DNA of 63,025 nucleotides, filler included, from Octopus bimaculoides (taxonomy: Eukaryota), in assembly GCF_001194135.2 (NCBI RefSeq). It is 5 parts of 5 records of this genome, joined end to end, with 100 filler letters (N's around TTAATTAATTAA, not from the genome) between each part and the next. Parts side by side here need not be neighbours in the genome. Positions count along the whole stretch, not along the records: positions 55,013 to 63,025 come from NC_068995.1; 4 more parts are not named here. One strand, 5' to 3'. Under the pieces are notes generated by a model. That model worked only from the letters and a program-made list of their open reading frames with translations. It searched no databases and was not told the origin of the DNA. The translations under genes were made by a program, and so were the position numbers. Of this stretch, positions 61,089 to 63,025 are shown one piece after another (the first letter of the stretch is position 1; every line of letters begins with the position of its first letter).

Positions 61089-62170
61089 GATTCTTCTCAT
61101 AAACCTTGTTCTTTACAACCCCACCCAAAGAAATCCATTGGTGTCAGGTTAGGTGAACGTGGTGGCCATTCGATGCTGCTCCGTCTTCCAAACCAACGCT
61201 GTGGAAAGGTTTGGTTAAAGTAGTTTCTTACTGTCAACGTGTAATGTGGAAGTGCTCCATCTTGCTGAAAGAACAGTTCATCAAAGTTAGCTTTGGTTCT
61301 GAGTTGTGGTACTACCCCGTAACGCAGCATTTCCAAGTAGTTCTCTCCATTTACAGTTGTATCAAAGAAAACGGGTCTGATAACACCTTCTCTTGAGAGT
61401 GCACTCCAAACTGTAACGCCAGGCTGGTTCGGTTGAGATTCTATGGTCCAATGGGGATTTTCATCAGCCCAGTAAAAGCAGTTATGCCTGTTTACATAAC
61501 CGGATAATTTGAAGCAATCCTCATCTGACCAGATGATCTTATCCAGATAATCTGGTTGTTCATTAGCAATTTGGTCACGCATCATTTCGCAGAATTGCAG
61601 CCAGTGATCTGGGTACTCCTCCAAAAGACCATGTACCAGTCGTGGACGGAAAGGTTTTAATTTCAGCTTATGCTTTAAGCGTTGCAATGATGTTCTTGGT
61701 ATGAATAGTTCTATAGAAGCACGTCGGGTGGACTTCTTTGGGCTATTTAGAAATATCATAGCCACTCACTTTTTTCAATCACAGAAGTCTTAGGGATTCC
61801 AGAATTTGGTGCATTACTCACTGAACCTGTGGTATCAAATTTATTTCTTATCCGATAAATTGTCTGGCGTGAAGGTGGAGGAATGTGAAAGGTTTCTTGC
61901 CATGCTGTGCACATCTGTTCGGTATTTTCAGACTTCCAATACGGCTTTAGTATCTACTTATTTTGCTCTTGATTTAAATTGTTTGCCATGGCTTACACTT
62001 TACAGTACCTGTAAAAAAAAAAGAACAATTACTGAAGAGGGAGCTTGGCAAATTTAACTAAATTAACATAGAATAATGGTTTCATTTTTTTAATAATTAA
62101 GATCTAAACTGTTAATGTATGAATACGAAAGAGATTGTTGAATAACTGTAGACATGCTTTTGGGCCACCT

Positions 62171-62172
<2 letters not shown>
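61089..62172 (-). mobile_element. DD41D (rosa-type) Tc1/mariner element: 5' TIR plus most of the transposase, decayed
   Basis: Minus strand begins TA|CAAGGTGGCCCAAAA at 62172. ATG at 61989 gives HTH (PPPSRQTIYRIRNKFDTTGSV), then IIWSDE...VNRHNC..W...QQDGALPH...WPPRSPNLTPMDFF. I count 41 residues between the 2nd and 3rd Asp. Stops and frameshifts present, and the 3' end is missing. Confidence 0.88.
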
Positions 62173-62206
<34 letters not shown>

Positions 62207-63025
62207 ACTTATATATATATATATATGGGTTGAGGTTGATGTTTTTTCAAGAACGTGGGGAGCTTTGTTTGAATAGTTTTCTTCTTTTTTTTTTCGTCAT
62301 ATTATCTAACGATAACAACGTACATCTTAAATGATACTTTCAACCTTTGCAAAGCGTTCGACTTTTTGTGGTCGTAAGTGCGGATGGTCGTAAGTCGCAT
62401 AGGCCATACTGGCCACCTATGACAAGGGTAGGGATTTCTGCCCTCTTTGTAACTTGGAGCTTTTTTATATCCTGTTCTCCAAGAATCGCCTAGTTAACCA
62501 AATAACTCAGAGGGCGTACCGCTGTCAGCACTTCAAGAAACATACCTTCTTTTATTACCGTTAGCTCCATCATTCTTACTAGGTTAGGTTTTAAGCATTA
62601 TTATTATTATAGTTATTATTATTATTACTATCTTTTTTTATTATTACTCCCCCTTTTCTTTTTCTTTTTTTTTTACTACATCCACCACAACTTGCCTTTT
62701 CCCCTTCTATAGTTGATTAATATTTTCCTTCCCAGTAATTACTGCTTGGGCTACTTTGTATCACTAGCTGCTTTGCCTTATATCTGACCTTCTCCTTAGT
62801 AGCATGTATATTGTTATTATTATTATTATTTCTCAACAAAACACCCTGTACTTCGTTTTTACATTGATTAGCGCTAACATAAGTATATTGATATATCACA
62901 GGGTAATGGTGTTTCATTTATCATGTTTATGTTCTTCGCTTCAAATCAGTATGTTATTAATCTTAATATTTTTTATCATCTTAAAACACATGTGTATGTA
63001 TATATATATATATGCATACGTGTGT

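Overview
AT-rich, microsatellite-saturated eukaryotic genomic DNA with many N gaps. The repeat content is most consistent with an octopus (coleoid cephalopod) assembly, which is an inference from the SINE and microsatellite families and not a database result. Four identical 100-bp spacers (44 N + TTAATTAATTAA + 44 N) split the window into five separately assembled blocks, so long-range adjacency is uncertain. Almost all ORFs in the supplied track are translations of simple repeats or N runs. The one well-supported host coding exon is 49673-49974 (+). It encodes the N-terminus of a secreted beta-lactamase/penicillin-binding-protein-fold protein whose SxxK nucleophile serine is replaced by glycine (GGLTK). 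The rest is mostly decayed mobile DNA: three tRNA-derived SINE families, RTE LINE fragments, a Gypsy pol fragment, Penelope-like element (PLE) fragments, mariner, DD37D-like and DD41D (rosa) transposase remnants, and piggyBac-, hAT- and Tigger-type MITEs. Several type I hammerhead-ribozyme-like motifs are present, the best lying 105 nt downstream of a PLE endonuclease stop codon. There are also several short splice-site-bounded candidate exons of unknown identity. No CRISPR arrays, rRNA or intact tRNA genes were seen.
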